A DNA stretch of 62,031 bases from NCBI GenBank assembly GCA_013151935.1, contig JAADHI010000108.1, positions 1 through 62,031 on the forward strand. The letters run 5' to 3'. The notes under the pieces are model-generated. The model was not told where the DNA came from. It saw only the letters and a program-made list of their open reading frames with translations, and ran no database searches. A program made the translations under genes and the position numbers. The number at the start of each line of letters is the position of its first letter. Position 1 is the stretch's first letter. Of this stretch, positions 9,920 to 18,884 are shown piece by piece. This DNA is from Candidatus Manganitrophaceae bacterium. Lineage in GTDB: Bacteria > Nitrospirota > Nitrospiria > SBBL01 > JAADHI01.

Positions 9920-10837
9920 ATGAAACGATACCGTTTTTTGCATCTTTTGATCCTCATTCCCTTTTTAAGCGGTTTTGATATGACAAAACACAACATCCCA
10001 ACCGACGAAATTTTATCAGGAGGGCCACCCAAAGATGGCATTCCTGCGCTCAGCAACCCGAAGTTTGTTTCGGCAGAAGAAGCAGATTTTGTCAAAAAAG
10101 ATGACCGTGTATTGGGGCTTTTTATCAATGGCGAAGCCAAGGCCTATCCCATTAAAATCATGAACTGGCACGAAATCGTCAATGACACCGTGGGTGGGAA
10201 AAAAGTCTTGGTCTCCTATTGTCCGCTTTGTGGTACGGGAATGGCTTTTGATCCACATATTGAAGGGAAACACCATACCTTTGGTGTTTCCGGTCTGCTC
10301 TACAAAAGTGATGTGCTGATGTATGACCATCAAACAGAAAGTCTTTGGTCTCAAATTAAACAAGAAGCCGTCACGGGAAAACGGACTGGAACCCGGATCA
10401 AAATGATCCCCCTTAGCCACACCACTTGGGAAGGCTGGCGAAAAAAACATCCGCTTACCCGTGTTTTATCGACGGACACAGGCTATACACGTAATTATTT
10501 CCGCGACCCCTACACGGCTTATTCAGGAAACGACTTACTGATGTTCCCTGTGGGAAAAGTGGACGAGCGTTACCCGACAAAATCCTGGGTCCTGGGTGTC
10601 ACACTTTCGGGCCAAAGCAAAGGCTATTCATTTTTAGAACTCAGAAATGCCCCACGTTCCTTTACCGACACCATAGGCAAGGAAACGATCAAAATCGTTT
10701 ATGAACCCAAATATCGCACGACCCAGGTCTTTGACAGCAAGGGCAAAGAAATCCCTACCATCATTGCTTATTGGTTTGCATGGGCGGCTTTTCATCCCGA
10801 CGCAGCCGTCTATACTGCACCTCTGCCCACCGAGTAA
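9920..10837 (+). CDS. DUF3179 domain-containing secreted protein
   Basis: Signal peptide, then DGIPALSNPKF.., YPIKIMNWHEIVND and VSYCPLCGTG, all characteristic of DUF3179. Confidence 0.8.
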   Translation: MKRYRFLHLLILIPFLSGFDMTKHNIPTDEILSGGPPKDGIPALSNPKFVSAEEADFVKKDDRVLGLFINGEAKAYPIKIMNWHEIVNDTVGGKKVLVSYCPLCGTGMAFDPHIEGKHHTFGVSGLLYKSDVLMYDHQTESLWSQIKQEAVTGKRTGTRIKMIPLSHTTWEGWRKKHPLTRVLSTDTGYTRNYFRDPYTAYSGNDLLMFPVGKVDERYPTKSWVLGVTLSGQSKGYSFLELRNAPRSFTDTIGKETIKIVYEPKYRTTQVFDSKGKEIPTIIAYWFAWAAFHPDAAVYTAPLPTE

Positions 10838-10910
10838 GAAGCATTCTCGGAACTTTTCACTCACAAGGCTTAAAGAACCCTTGAAAAACCAAGCCCTCTT
10901 TACGATAATA

Positions 10911-10921
10911 GTGTCCACACA
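10911..10921. promoter_or_regulatory. Second copy of the GTGTCCACACA motif, 28 nt upstream of the His-rich protein gene start
   Basis: Exact repeat of the 9883-9893 motif. It lies directly after a GATAAT -10-like hexamer. Confidence 0.45.
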
Positions 10922-10948
10922 ACAAAGCGTTAAGGAGGATTTTTTTCA

Positions 10949-11419
10949 ATGAAGCTGTTAAGAAACATTGTGAATGCGTTTCTTTTTATTACATTATTTG
11001 TATTTGTCAGCCCCTTTGTCTGGGCAAGTGGGGAGCATGGAAACGACCATCATGCGGATGAACACAAAATGAGTGAAGAAAAACACATGGATCACCCAAA
11101 GAAAAAGGAAGAGGGGGGGCACGGTCATCACACCATAAAAAAAGAAGCCAAACCCACCTTTCCAGAGGGAACCAAACAAGTCGTTATTGACCTGAGTGGC
11201 CCTTTTTGCAGCCGACACCCTGAAGAAATTACCGCAGGTCTCAAACAACTTGAAGGCATACTGGATGTCGAAGCTTTTAATCGGAGAGACTATGTGCTCA
11301 TCCACTTTACACCTGAAAAAATCGCTCCCAAAAAAATGGCAGAACAAATCAACATCACTAAAGGCAGTGGCTGGCGCTGCAAAGGGACTGTTTCAACAAG
11401 ACGACGTACAGAGCGTTGA
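10949..11419 (+). CDS. Secreted histidine-rich protein with a degenerate HMA/ferredoxin-like domain (putative periplasmic metal binding)
   Basis: Signal peptide, then the His-rich stretch SGEHGNDHHADEHKMSEEKHMDHPKKKEEGGHGHH. A beta-alpha-beta-like segment follows (VVIDLSGPFCSRHPEEITAGLKQLEGILDVEAF). Confidence 0.55.
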   Translation: MKLLRNIVNAFLFITLFVFVSPFVWASGEHGNDHHADEHKMSEEKHMDHPKKKEEGGHGHHTIKKEAKPTFPEGTKQVVIDLSGPFCSRHPEEITAGLKQLEGILDVEAFNRRDYVLIHFTPEKIAPKKMAEQINITKGSGWRCKGTVSTRRRTER

Positions 11420-12408
11420 ACCAAGCGGAGGCTAACAAGACACAGAACCCAGACGCCCTAACACAAGAAATAAAAACAATCGCGCTTGACTTGGGCTTTC
11501 ATGCGGTCGGGATCACTTCTGCAGACCCCGTTTCGAGCGCGGGCACACATTTATTAAAATGGCTTGAAGCGGGTTATGCCGCAGACATGGCCTATCTTAA
11601 AAAATCTCCTGAAATACGTTTTGAACCCAAACGCCGTTTTCCTGAAGCACAATCCGTCATTGCCCTCGCACTCAACTACTATCAGGAAAGACCTGAGACA
11701 GAAGAAGAAAACCCAGGCGCTCAGGGCAAAATCGCCACTTACGCCTGGGGAGAAGACTATCACACCATCATTGAGCACAAACTCGAAAAACTGATTGAAG
11801 CGATTACAGTACGGGGTGGGCATTGCTGGAAAGGCTACGTCGACCACGGCCCCCTCTTAGAACGCGCTTTTGCACAACGGGCCGGACTGGGGTTTATCGG
11901 AAAAAATACAAACCTGATTACGCCTGAATTTGGCTCCTGGGTTTTCCTTGCAGAAGTCGTAACCGATATGAAGCTCATAGAAGACACCCCCGCCACAGGA
12001 CAATGTGGCACCTGTACCCGTTGTATCGATATTTGCCCGACCGATGCTTTGACTTCTCCTTATCAATTGGATGCGCGCCGCTGTATTTCTTATCTCACGA
12101 TTGAAAACAAAGGAGAAATCCCAGACAGCTTTGTTTCAAAAATGGAAGGATGGCTCTTTGGCTGTGATCTCTGTCAGCAAGTCTGCCCCTTCAATGGGCA
12201 AAACAAACAGAGCGATGAACCAGGTTTCGCCATTGAGAAAGGCACAGGGCCGACACTTTCCCTGGAGGCTCTTGCAGCAATCCCCGACAATGCCAGCTTC
12301 AAAAAACAATTTCGCGGCACTCCCCTACTTCGCAGTAAACGGGTCGGGTTGCAAAGAAACGTAAAAATTCTGCAAAAACATAACTTTAGTATAACTAAGG
12401 CAAAGTAA
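11416..12408 (+). CDS. queG: tRNA epoxyqueuosine(34) reductase
   Basis: Two 4Fe-4S motifs (CGTCTRCIDICP, CDLCQQVCP) and CISYLTIE. TTG start overlaps the upstream stop. Confidence 0.85.
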   Translation: MNQAEANKTQNPDALTQEIKTIALDLGFHAVGITSADPVSSAGTHLLKWLEAGYAADMAYLKKSPEIRFEPKRRFPEAQSVIALALNYYQERPETEEENPGAQGKIATYAWGEDYHTIIEHKLEKLIEAITVRGGHCWKGYVDHGPLLERAFAQRAGLGFIGKNTNLITPEFGSWVFLAEVVTDMKLIEDTPATGQCGTCTRCIDICPTDALTSPYQLDARRCISYLTIENKGEIPDSFVSKMEGWLFGCDLCQQVCPFNGQNKQSDEPGFAIEKGTGPTLSLEALAAIPDNASFKKQFRGTPLLRSKRVGLQRNVKILQKHNFSITKAK

Positions 12409-12411
12409 AAC

Positions 12412-13158
12412 ATGAAAAAATATCAGGCCGTATTTTTTGATCTTTGTGGCACCCTCATGCAATATCGGCTCGACCGCTTACCGATTATCTCGGTGGACGG
12501 GATGCAGGTCGAATCCACTACCCCACTCACCTACGCCTGTTTCAGAGAATTTGACCGAGGTCAGATCTCTTTTGAAAAATTTTATAAGGATTTTATGATC
12601 ACCAGCACAGAGATTGAGCAGGAAAAGAATGAAACGGGCAAAGAGTTTCATTCTTCAGTGCGTTTTGATCGTTTTTTAGATCGACTGGATGCGGATTTAG
12701 GGCCACGCAGGACAGAAATCCATCGTTTGTTAATGGATATCCATCTTGAAAAAGTCGGACAATGTTTGGAGCTTTTGCCACGCCATAAAGAACTGCTCGT
12801 CAAACTCAAAGCGAACTACCGTATGGCCGTCGTTTCAAATTTTGATGATGTGAAGACCGTACAAAACGTTCTGGCTCGAGACGGCATCACGGATTTCTTT
12901 GAAACGATTGTGATTTCTGCCGAAGTGGGTTTGAGAAAACCCAGAAAAGAGGTGTTTTTAGCCGCCAGCGATCGTCTCAAAATCCCTCACGAAGAAATTC
13001 TCTTTGTGGGCGATTCCTGGACACACGACATCAAAGGTGCAAAAAAAATCGGTATGGCAACGGCCTGGATCAATGCCGATCATCTGCCACTCCCCACAGA
13101 GGAAATACAAACAGACTACGTGCTTTCCGATCTCTCAGAACTTTCCAGAATCCTATAG
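12412..13158 (+). CDS. HAD-superfamily hydrolase (subfamily IA-like)
   Basis: Motif I is FFDLCGTL (Cys at the second acidic position), then VSNFD and a late GDSWTHDIKGA motif. Confidence 0.8.
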   Translation: MKKYQAVFFDLCGTLMQYRLDRLPIISVDGMQVESTTPLTYACFREFDRGQISFEKFYKDFMITSTEIEQEKNETGKEFHSSVRFDRFLDRLDADLGPRRTEIHRLLMDIHLEKVGQCLELLPRHKELLVKLKANYRMAVVSNFDDVKTVQNVLARDGITDFFETIVISAEVGLRKPRKEVFLAASDRLKIPHEEILFVGDSWTHDIKGAKKIGMATAWINADHLPLPTEEIQTDYVLSDLSELSRIL

Positions 13159-13268
13159 ATTTTTCTAAATGGACCACTATGCGGGGAAAGTCAGCGATGC
13201 AGAAGCGCTCCGCTGGATGGACGTTTTGCATGAAAAATAAATTAGGTTTATGAACCCGGTCTTTGGGG

Positions 13269-13562
13269 TCATGCGACCGATACGTCTAGCTTTTTAACCG
13301 CTTTTAAATCGACCCGCTTCCGTGCATGCCAGAGGTCATATTGATCTTGCATGCCCAGCCAGCTCTCTGGAGAACGCCCTAGGCCTTTAGATAAGCGTAA
13401 AGCCATCTCAGGGGAGATATTGCTCTCACAGTTCAATAGCCGATTCAATGTGGAAGGTGAAACCCCTAGACTGATTGCAACCTTTCGGACGCTCATCTTA
13501 GACGGTGTGATATAGATCTCTCGAATAAACTCGCCGGGATGCGGCGGATTGTACATGCCCAT
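13269..13562 (-). CDS. higA: HigA-family antitoxin (XRE HTH)
   Basis: 97 aa, PHPGEFIRE... then an HTH (VAISLGVSPSTLNRLLN). Lies directly downstream of, and 1 nt overlapping, higB. Confidence 0.85.
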   Translation of the reverse strand: MGMYNPPHPGEFIREIYITPSKMSVRKVAISLGVSPSTLNRLLNCESNISPEMALRLSKGLGRSPESWLGMQDQYDLWHARKRVDLKAVKKLDVSVA

Positions 13563-13846
13563 CAGTGATAATCCTCATAATTTAAAATGTAGGCATTCCC
13601 TTCTCGGAACTCAAATGTTGCACGCCAGTTCCCACTGATTGTAATGGACCAACACCCTTTCCGTTCTCCTTTTAGGGGGTGGAGTCTGAACCCAGGAACG
13701 TCCATGTCGTTAATTGTCGCCGCTGTGTTTAAAGCAGCGAGTTGTAACCGAAGTCGCTTTTTATGAACTGGCTGAATGCCAGCCGTACTCCCTGTTTCGT
13801 AGAAATTACGTAGTCCCTTGTGCTTGAACGACTTGATCACGCACAA
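13562..13846 (-). CDS. higB: HigB-family toxin (RelE-like mRNA interferase)
   Basis: IKSFKHKGLRNFY....HPLKGERKGCWSITISGNWRATFEF..G.AYILNYEDYH is the HigB/plasmid-killer signature. GTG at 13840 is an alternative start. Confidence 0.85.
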   Translation of the reverse strand: MCVIKSFKHKGLRNFYETGSTAGIQPVHKKRLRLQLAALNTAATINDMDVPGFRLHPLKGERKGCWSITISGNWRATFEFREGNAYILNYEDYH

Positions 13847-13929
13847 ATTATAGCATAGTGCGCATCACGCATCATAAAAAAAGAAACAAATCAAAACAGT
13901 CCTACAAGCTACGCGTAAAAACCTTCTGA

Positions 13930-15762
13930 CTACTCTTTTGATATCCGTCTCGCCTCAAATCCCGAGTGGAGCAACCTTTCCTTGCCATCCGCCTGAATGA
14001 CGTAAATGCTTTCACCTTTTCCGGTACCCAGACCCATAATAACCGCTTCGGTATCGGATATCGGAGTAAGCTCAAGACTTACTTCATGCGCTTGAAATCC
14101 AATCATTTTCGACCTGTAGTTCAGAGTCAGTACACCCTCTTCATCTTTGAGAGTGATCTCTTTGAATTGAACAGCGTCATCTGGATTGTTGACTTGGTAT
14201 GCCCCGATCCGTTTTATCCAGGCCTTAGGGATCGGTCCTGTTTTGACTTTTTCCCCCAAAAGGTGGTTTTTATTTTTATTGTGCAACACGACAACTTCAC
14301 GACCTGCGATGGGCGTGAAGGAGAGTGAAACATCATCCAAGTTTGTACCGAGTATGCTTTTTATTGGGATCAATCCGAAAAGCTTGTACTTTACGCCAAA
14401 TTGCCCATCGGGCTGTGGCACAAGGCGGAATGTCTTTCCCATGGCCTCGGCACTCAGAGCGCCGTTTCTTGATGAAATCGAAGCAGGCCCTATATTTGTC
14501 GTATAGCGTCCCTCATAGGTTTTTAAAGATTCCACTGGCAAGTTCACAACTTGTGGTTTTGGAGTACGCGGGACTTGCTTTGGTTCCGGCTGTGTCATCC
14601 CGGTTTTTGCTTCCAAGGCCTGCTTCAAAGCTGTCATGGCAACATCATGGGCCATGTGTCCTCCAGTACAAGAGTTGGTGAGCACCACGACACCCAACTT
14701 GTGTTTGGGTAAGGTGGCTAACTGACTCAAGAAACAAGGAAGACCTCCCCCATGTGAAGCCACGGGGCCAGCATTTTGGATGCCGTAATCCACAAGAAAC
14801 CAACCCAGCCCGATTCTGAAATCCATATCCAAGACCACATCCGTATTTTGGGGACGTATCATCTCATGCAGGGTTTCCGGCTTCAAGATTTGTCGTTCAG
14901 TCGATCTGCCATCGGCGAACACCATCTGGACGAAACGGCTGAGGTCCAACACATTTGCATAGAGGGCACCCGCTGGAAGATCCCTCAGGGATGGGGGCGC
15001 GATTAGTTTGTCATCGGAGTAGCTCTTGGCCAACAGTTCTTCGATCTCCGGTCTAAGGACGAAAGATGACTGCTTCATGCCCATGGGCCGAAGAAGATTG
15101 TCATCCATATAGGAGGCAAAATCTCTGCCGCTGACTTCTTCAACCATGTGGCCTAAAAGTGTCATCGCGAGATTGGAGTAACTGAAAATGAGATTCGGAG
15201 GATAGGCCACATGTTCCTCCCGGATTTCCCTGACCAGTTGCGTGAATGGAGGCGAATCGTGAGCCCACATCCCTTTCGTCCGGTTGGCCGGGATGCCTGA
15301 ATGGTGAGTCATGATGGAGCGTGGGGTGATGACGCCAGTATCTGAAAAGCGGTTCTTCATTGAAAATTGAGGGAGGTAGGTCTTTAGCGGCTGGTCAATA
15401 TCGATCTGCCCTTGTTCCGCAAGCTGCATCGCAGCAGTCACCGTAAAGAGCTTGGAAATAGAACCGACGCGGTAGACCGTCTTCGGCATTGTGGCAATTT
15501 TATTCTCCACATCCGCGAAGCCAAAACCCTCTGCCCAGATGATCTTTTGGTCATCTACCAGGGCGATGCTGAGACCTTTGACATCGTATTTTTTCATTTC
15601 TTTCTGGATCTTCCAGGAGAGGTATTGTTTCGTGTATTCATAATCTCCACGCGGCATGGACTCGGGTTTGATCGGTGCAGTCGAACAACCCGGCAAAATC
15701 AGGAGACCAACGATTGTCGCGGCTCCTCCAAAAATTTTTGTGAATCTCATCGTCAAGCACAT
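13930..15762 (-). CDS. Serine hydrolase lipoprotein (class C beta-lactamase / PBP4*-like) with a C-terminal extension
   Basis: Lipobox LLILPGC, the SxxK motif (GSISK) and the YxN motif (YSN). 610 aa; AAGGAG RBS 8 nt upstream. Confidence 0.85.
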   Translation of the reverse strand: MCLTMRFTKIFGGAATIVGLLILPGCSTAPIKPESMPRGDYEYTKQYLSWKIQKEMKKYDVKGLSIALVDDQKIIWAEGFGFADVENKIATMPKTVYRVGSISKLFTVTAAMQLAEQGQIDIDQPLKTYLPQFSMKNRFSDTGVITPRSIMTHHSGIPANRTKGMWAHDSPPFTQLVREIREEHVAYPPNLIFSYSNLAMTLLGHMVEEVSGRDFASYMDDNLLRPMGMKQSSFVLRPEIEELLAKSYSDDKLIAPPSLRDLPAGALYANVLDLSRFVQMVFADGRSTERQILKPETLHEMIRPQNTDVVLDMDFRIGLGWFLVDYGIQNAGPVASHGGGLPCFLSQLATLPKHKLGVVVLTNSCTGGHMAHDVAMTALKQALEAKTGMTQPEPKQVPRTPKPQVVNLPVESLKTYEGRYTTNIGPASISSRNGALSAEAMGKTFRLVPQPDGQFGVKYKLFGLIPIKSILGTNLDDVSLSFTPIAGREVVVLHNKNKNHLLGEKVKTGPIPKAWIKRIGAYQVNNPDDAVQFKEITLKDEEGVLTLNYRSKMIGFQAHEVSLELTPISDTEAVIMGLGTGKGESIYVIQADGKERLLHSGFEARRISKE

Positions 15763-16226
15763 ATCAAGATCTCCTTAAATCAAGGGTGACTACGAATGGG
15801 TGATTTTTATACTGCTGCGACCGTATCGGTAGTTCACACAAATGTAGGATGACTCCATCCGATTCGCCCTTACCGAAATGATGCTTCCTCTTCGACTCAT
15901 TGCTAAATTAAATGGCTTGATCTAGGAAATGACTTTATTTTATTGGATTGAGTGAGACCTTTTAAATTGCTGAGGTTAGCAATCAATATTTTGGCACCTT
16001 CTCAAGCATTTTTATATAACAAAGAATGGAGAAATTCAAGGAATCTCTCCCTGTGAGGTCTGACGTCAGTACTCGGGGCAGTGACCGGGTAGCTGCGATA
16101 ATATCGGAAGGAAGGAGCTGGAGCAAAACGCTTACCGACTTACTTCTATCGTTGGATTTCCCCCCCAGATCTAAACAAACCCCAAAATGGGTGGAAAAAT
16201 CAAATAGATGGACTCAAAAATACCGA

Positions 16227-17153
16227 CTATTCTTCAGAAGAATCAAAGAGTACGGTGTCCCCCTTTGCGATGGGCTCAATACTTTGAATGATTTTGGCCG
16301 TTGCCGTATCGGCTTGTGTCGCTAAAACGACCATTATCCCGACTTTTCGATAAGGCAAAGTTTTGTCTTCTAAGACCGTTTCCGAAAAAGACTTCCGTTT
16401 TCCCTCATGTACAATGACAAAACGGTCTCCCCGAGCGATACCGGCCTTCTTGCCACGGTCAATGTAGACAACGTCGTGTTGGGCATTATTCATCCGAGCA
16501 TCCTTTACTTCAATGACAAAAGCCTCGCTTCCTTTTTCTGGCGGGAGACCTTTTTCGGTACTCAGAGGGATGAAGGATTCTATAAAAGTAATGGGATTTC
16601 CTATTTTCATAGGGGCATGGGAACGTGTGATTCTAGCTGTGGCAACATCTTCAGCAACGTCAATGACCTTGACCAAACCCAAGACGTGAACCAGTTCTCC
16701 CATCGGAGTCTGGGTTTTAGGATGAATCACATCTTTAATCGTCTCAAAGACAACCCACTCCTGATCAGGAAAAAAAGGTTCATCATGGGTCGCTAAATAA
16801 ATAAGATCTCCCTGGGCTAACATCTGCTTTTCATCTTCGGAAGCCGTAATAATACCGGTATGACCCAGTTTGCGAATAATCATTCCTTGCGAAACCAGCG
16901 GCCATAAATCTTCTTTGGGCGGCTCAGGAATTTCAGCAACAACTTCTTCAGGCTCTGGCGGTAAAAAAAGATCCCCTTCTGCCTCTACTAAGGGTGGCGG
17001 TACAGCACCTAAAGGTGGAGCTGTTGCTGTTCTTTTGGCTTCCTCCACTGCAAGACCGTCTGCTTTTGCAACAGGGATGGACAGAAGCAAAACAAAAGAG
17101 ACGATGAAAAAAATCAATAGACTCTCTTTAAGATTTAATTTTTCATCAAACAT
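16227..17153 (-). CDS. Secreted/anchored hypothetical protein with a Pro/Glu-rich linker and two SH3-like barrel-type repeats
   Basis: ATG at 17153 lies behind GAGGGG. The protein has a TM helix, then PPLGAVPPPLVEAEGDLFLPPEPEE, with no recognisable catalytic motif. Confidence 0.55.
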   Translation of the reverse strand: MFDEKLNLKESLLIFFIVSFVLLLSIPVAKADGLAVEEAKRTATAPPLGAVPPPLVEAEGDLFLPPEPEEVVAEIPEPPKEDLWPLVSQGMIIRKLGHTGIITASEDEKQMLAQGDLIYLATHDEPFFPDQEWVVFETIKDVIHPKTQTPMGELVHVLGLVKVIDVAEDVATARITRSHAPMKIGNPITFIESFIPLSTEKGLPPEKGSEAFVIEVKDARMNNAQHDVVYIDRGKKAGIARGDRFVIVHEGKRKSFSETVLEDKTLPYRKVGIMVVLATQADTATAKIIQSIEPIAKGDTVLFDSSEE

Positions 17154-17322
17154 CGTGTCCCCTCTATATGAAAACCGATTTTTCACTTTCAAGACCCTGC
17201 ACTTTCAATTCCCCACTTAAAGAAGCGTAAAACGCTGAAAGGATTTAAAGCGTTTCCAGCACACACGCTATAGCCCAAAGAAGAAGGTACCAAATCGTGT
17301 GCAATTGTCAAGAAACGAGACC

Positions 17323-17985
17323 CTACCACCAGTACCATTGACCCGTCAGCAAAACATGTGCTCCGAGCATTAGATTCGTCACTGCATGTGCAATGACACA
17401 AGGCCATAGGCGGCGCGTACGATACATCAATAGATTATAAGCCACACCTGCCATCATGCCTGCCAACCACAGATTATGCTCCACCCCAAATAAAACAACT
17501 GTAATCAAAAAAGAAAGACGTGTGAATTCTCCTAACTTAACCGAAAGGAAATCGGGCGAAATAATATACCGTAAGATAAATGAACGCCAAAAAATTTCCT
17601 CCATCAGGGGCACGACAATAGAGGCACCAAACAAACGGATTCCCGCATAAAAAATGCCCAGTCCTCCGCCCACTTGAAAAGGTTTATACCCTTCTCCCAA
17701 CTCCCCTTGCAGCGCCCAAGGAAAATCCATGCGTACCCATGCAAAATAAACCAAGATCCCCACTCCGACGGCAAGAAGCCCCTCCCCAAAATTGGCAACG
17801 CACTTATTTTTCAGTTCGAGATAGTCTTGTCGGTAAAAAATCAGCAGCGCAGAAACAAAACTGATTTGAATCAGGTACAACCAAAGGGGCGTTTCATCTG
17901 GAAAAAGCACAGACTGAATGGCAATAAAAGCCATGTAGACTGCAAAAGGAAGGATGCGAGCTCGCATAATCTCATAAGGTATCAA
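17323..17985 (-). CDS. CPBP-family intramembrane glutamic protease (CAAX-protease-related, PEP-CTERM-associated type)
   Basis: Polytopic, with the EEIFWR and FGVEHN...H motifs (..VIAHAVTNL..) characteristic of CPBP/Abi proteases. Confidence 0.8.
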   Translation of the reverse strand: MIPYEIMRARILPFAVYMAFIAIQSVLFPDETPLWLYLIQISFVSALLIFYRQDYLELKNKCVANFGEGLLAVGVGILVYFAWVRMDFPWALQGELGEGYKPFQVGGGLGIFYAGIRLFGASIVVPLMEEIFWRSFILRYIISPDFLSVKLGEFTRLSFLITVVLFGVEHNLWLAGMMAGVAYNLLMYRTRRLWPCVIAHAVTNLMLGAHVLLTGQWYWW

Positions 17986-18029
17986 ATACGCCTTGGCTTA
18001 TCCATAAAAATACAAGACACAAATACACC

Positions 18030-18647
18030 CTAAAACCTTACACGCACTCCCATATTCATTCGTTCATTCTCAACGGAGATGTAAGGCATGTAGCCGTCGT
18101 GGCCTGAGTAGATGCGAAAAGCATTCAAAGCCGTTTGAACCAGAGCAGCACTTACAATGGTCTCACTAGAGAGTCCTGTTTCTTGCGAGATGCCAACGGG
18201 GTCGTAGCCAGGATCACGACTTCCCTTAATATAAAAAGACCAAACGGAATACCAGAGAAAATCTGTTCCAGAGAAAAAAAGAAGCGACTTGTTGTAGGTC
18301 GAAGGTTGCGCACGATAACTCGATAAAGCCAAATCAAAGGTGTAATTTGAAGCGACAAGTCCTGCTGCCCTGAAAGGTAAAACCGATTCGCGATCAATCT
18401 CTCCGACTGAAGTCACTCCCGCAAAAAAACTCCCATTTTTTTGCTGAAAGAAATCCATTTGCACATCTCTCCCGCCTGCCATATTTGCCATTGCATTATG
18501 CCCCGTTTCATGGGCGACAATATGAGTGAGATAGGCGCTGCCCGCTTCGAAAAAATCGGATAAACCCATCGCCCTTGACTGAGAAACCATCAAAAATAAG
18601 ACCAAGCCCGAAAAACCGATCATTTTAATGGATCTTTTTACGCCCAT
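18030..18647 (-). CDS. Secreted HExxH protein (putative zinc metalloprotease) with an outer-membrane-type C-terminal ..VRVRF
   Basis: Signal peptide, the HETGH motif and a terminal alternating-hydrophobic strand ending in Phe. AGGAGG RBS. Confidence 0.6.
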   Translation of the reverse strand: MGVKRSIKMIGFSGLVLFLMVSQSRAMGLSDFFEAGSAYLTHIVAHETGHNAMANMAGGRDVQMDFFQQKNGSFFAGVTSVGEIDRESVLPFRAAGLVASNYTFDLALSSYRAQPSTYNKSLLFFSGTDFLWYSVWSFYIKGSRDPGYDPVGISQETGLSSETIVSAALVQTALNAFRIYSGHDGYMPYISVENERMNMGVRVRF

Positions 18648-18720
18648 CTTCTTCCTCCTAAGACTACTAATTTACTTATTAAATAACTAAATAGCCATAA
18701 TTTAAGCCTACTGCGATGCT

Positions 18721-18753
18721 TTAAAGAAAACAATCCCCCCAAAAGAGGGGGGA
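18721..18753 (-). terminator. Intrinsic-terminator-like hairpin in the 5' leader of the HExxH/CPBP operon
   Basis: The minus strand reads UCCCCCC-UCUUUU-GGGGGGA followed by UUGUUUUCUUU. It is orientation specific, with no U-tail on the plus strand. Confidence 0.5.
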
Positions 18754-18796
18754 GGGAAGATTCTTCACTTCAAAGCAGTTTATTTTATGTTTTATA

Positions 18797-18812
18797 AGCA
18801 AAAAACATACCA
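18797..18812 (-). promoter_or_regulatory. Candidate sigma54 (-24/-12) promoter
   Basis: The minus strand reads TGGTAT-GTTTT-TTGCT, with GG and GC separated by exactly 10 nt. It lies about 150 nt upstream of the 18647 start. Confidence 0.5.
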
Positions 18813-18884
18813 AAATAAATATTCTTTATTTTCAATACTTTATTAGAGTTCTCTTAAAAACAAAGGCCTCTATTTTTCATTTTT

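Noticed and set aside
13169-13240. A 23-codon ORF, MDHYAGKVSDAEALRWMDVLHEK, between the HAD gene and higA.
   Set aside because: Too short, with no RBS and no support. It could be a fossil C terminus of a lost gene, but that cannot be shown from sequence alone.
15991-16012. A plus-strand TGGCAC...AGCA sigma54-like sequence in the 464-bp spacer upstream of the beta-lactamase-like gene.
   Set aside because: GG to GC spacing is 11 nt rather than 10, the -12 element is CAAGC rather than TTGC, and no plus-strand gene lies downstream.
16075-16140. The plus strand ..ATCGGAAGGAAGGAGCTGG.. resembles the conserved SRP (4.5S) RNA domain IV motif CCGGAAGGAAGCAGCC.
   Set aside because: The flanking sequence does not reproduce the GGUCAGGUCC 5' side. 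I could not draw the long closing helix, the AGCAGC loop has a mismatch, and the GNRA closing pairs are weak. It is most likely chance purine-rich sequence. An Infernal/Rfam scan would settle it.
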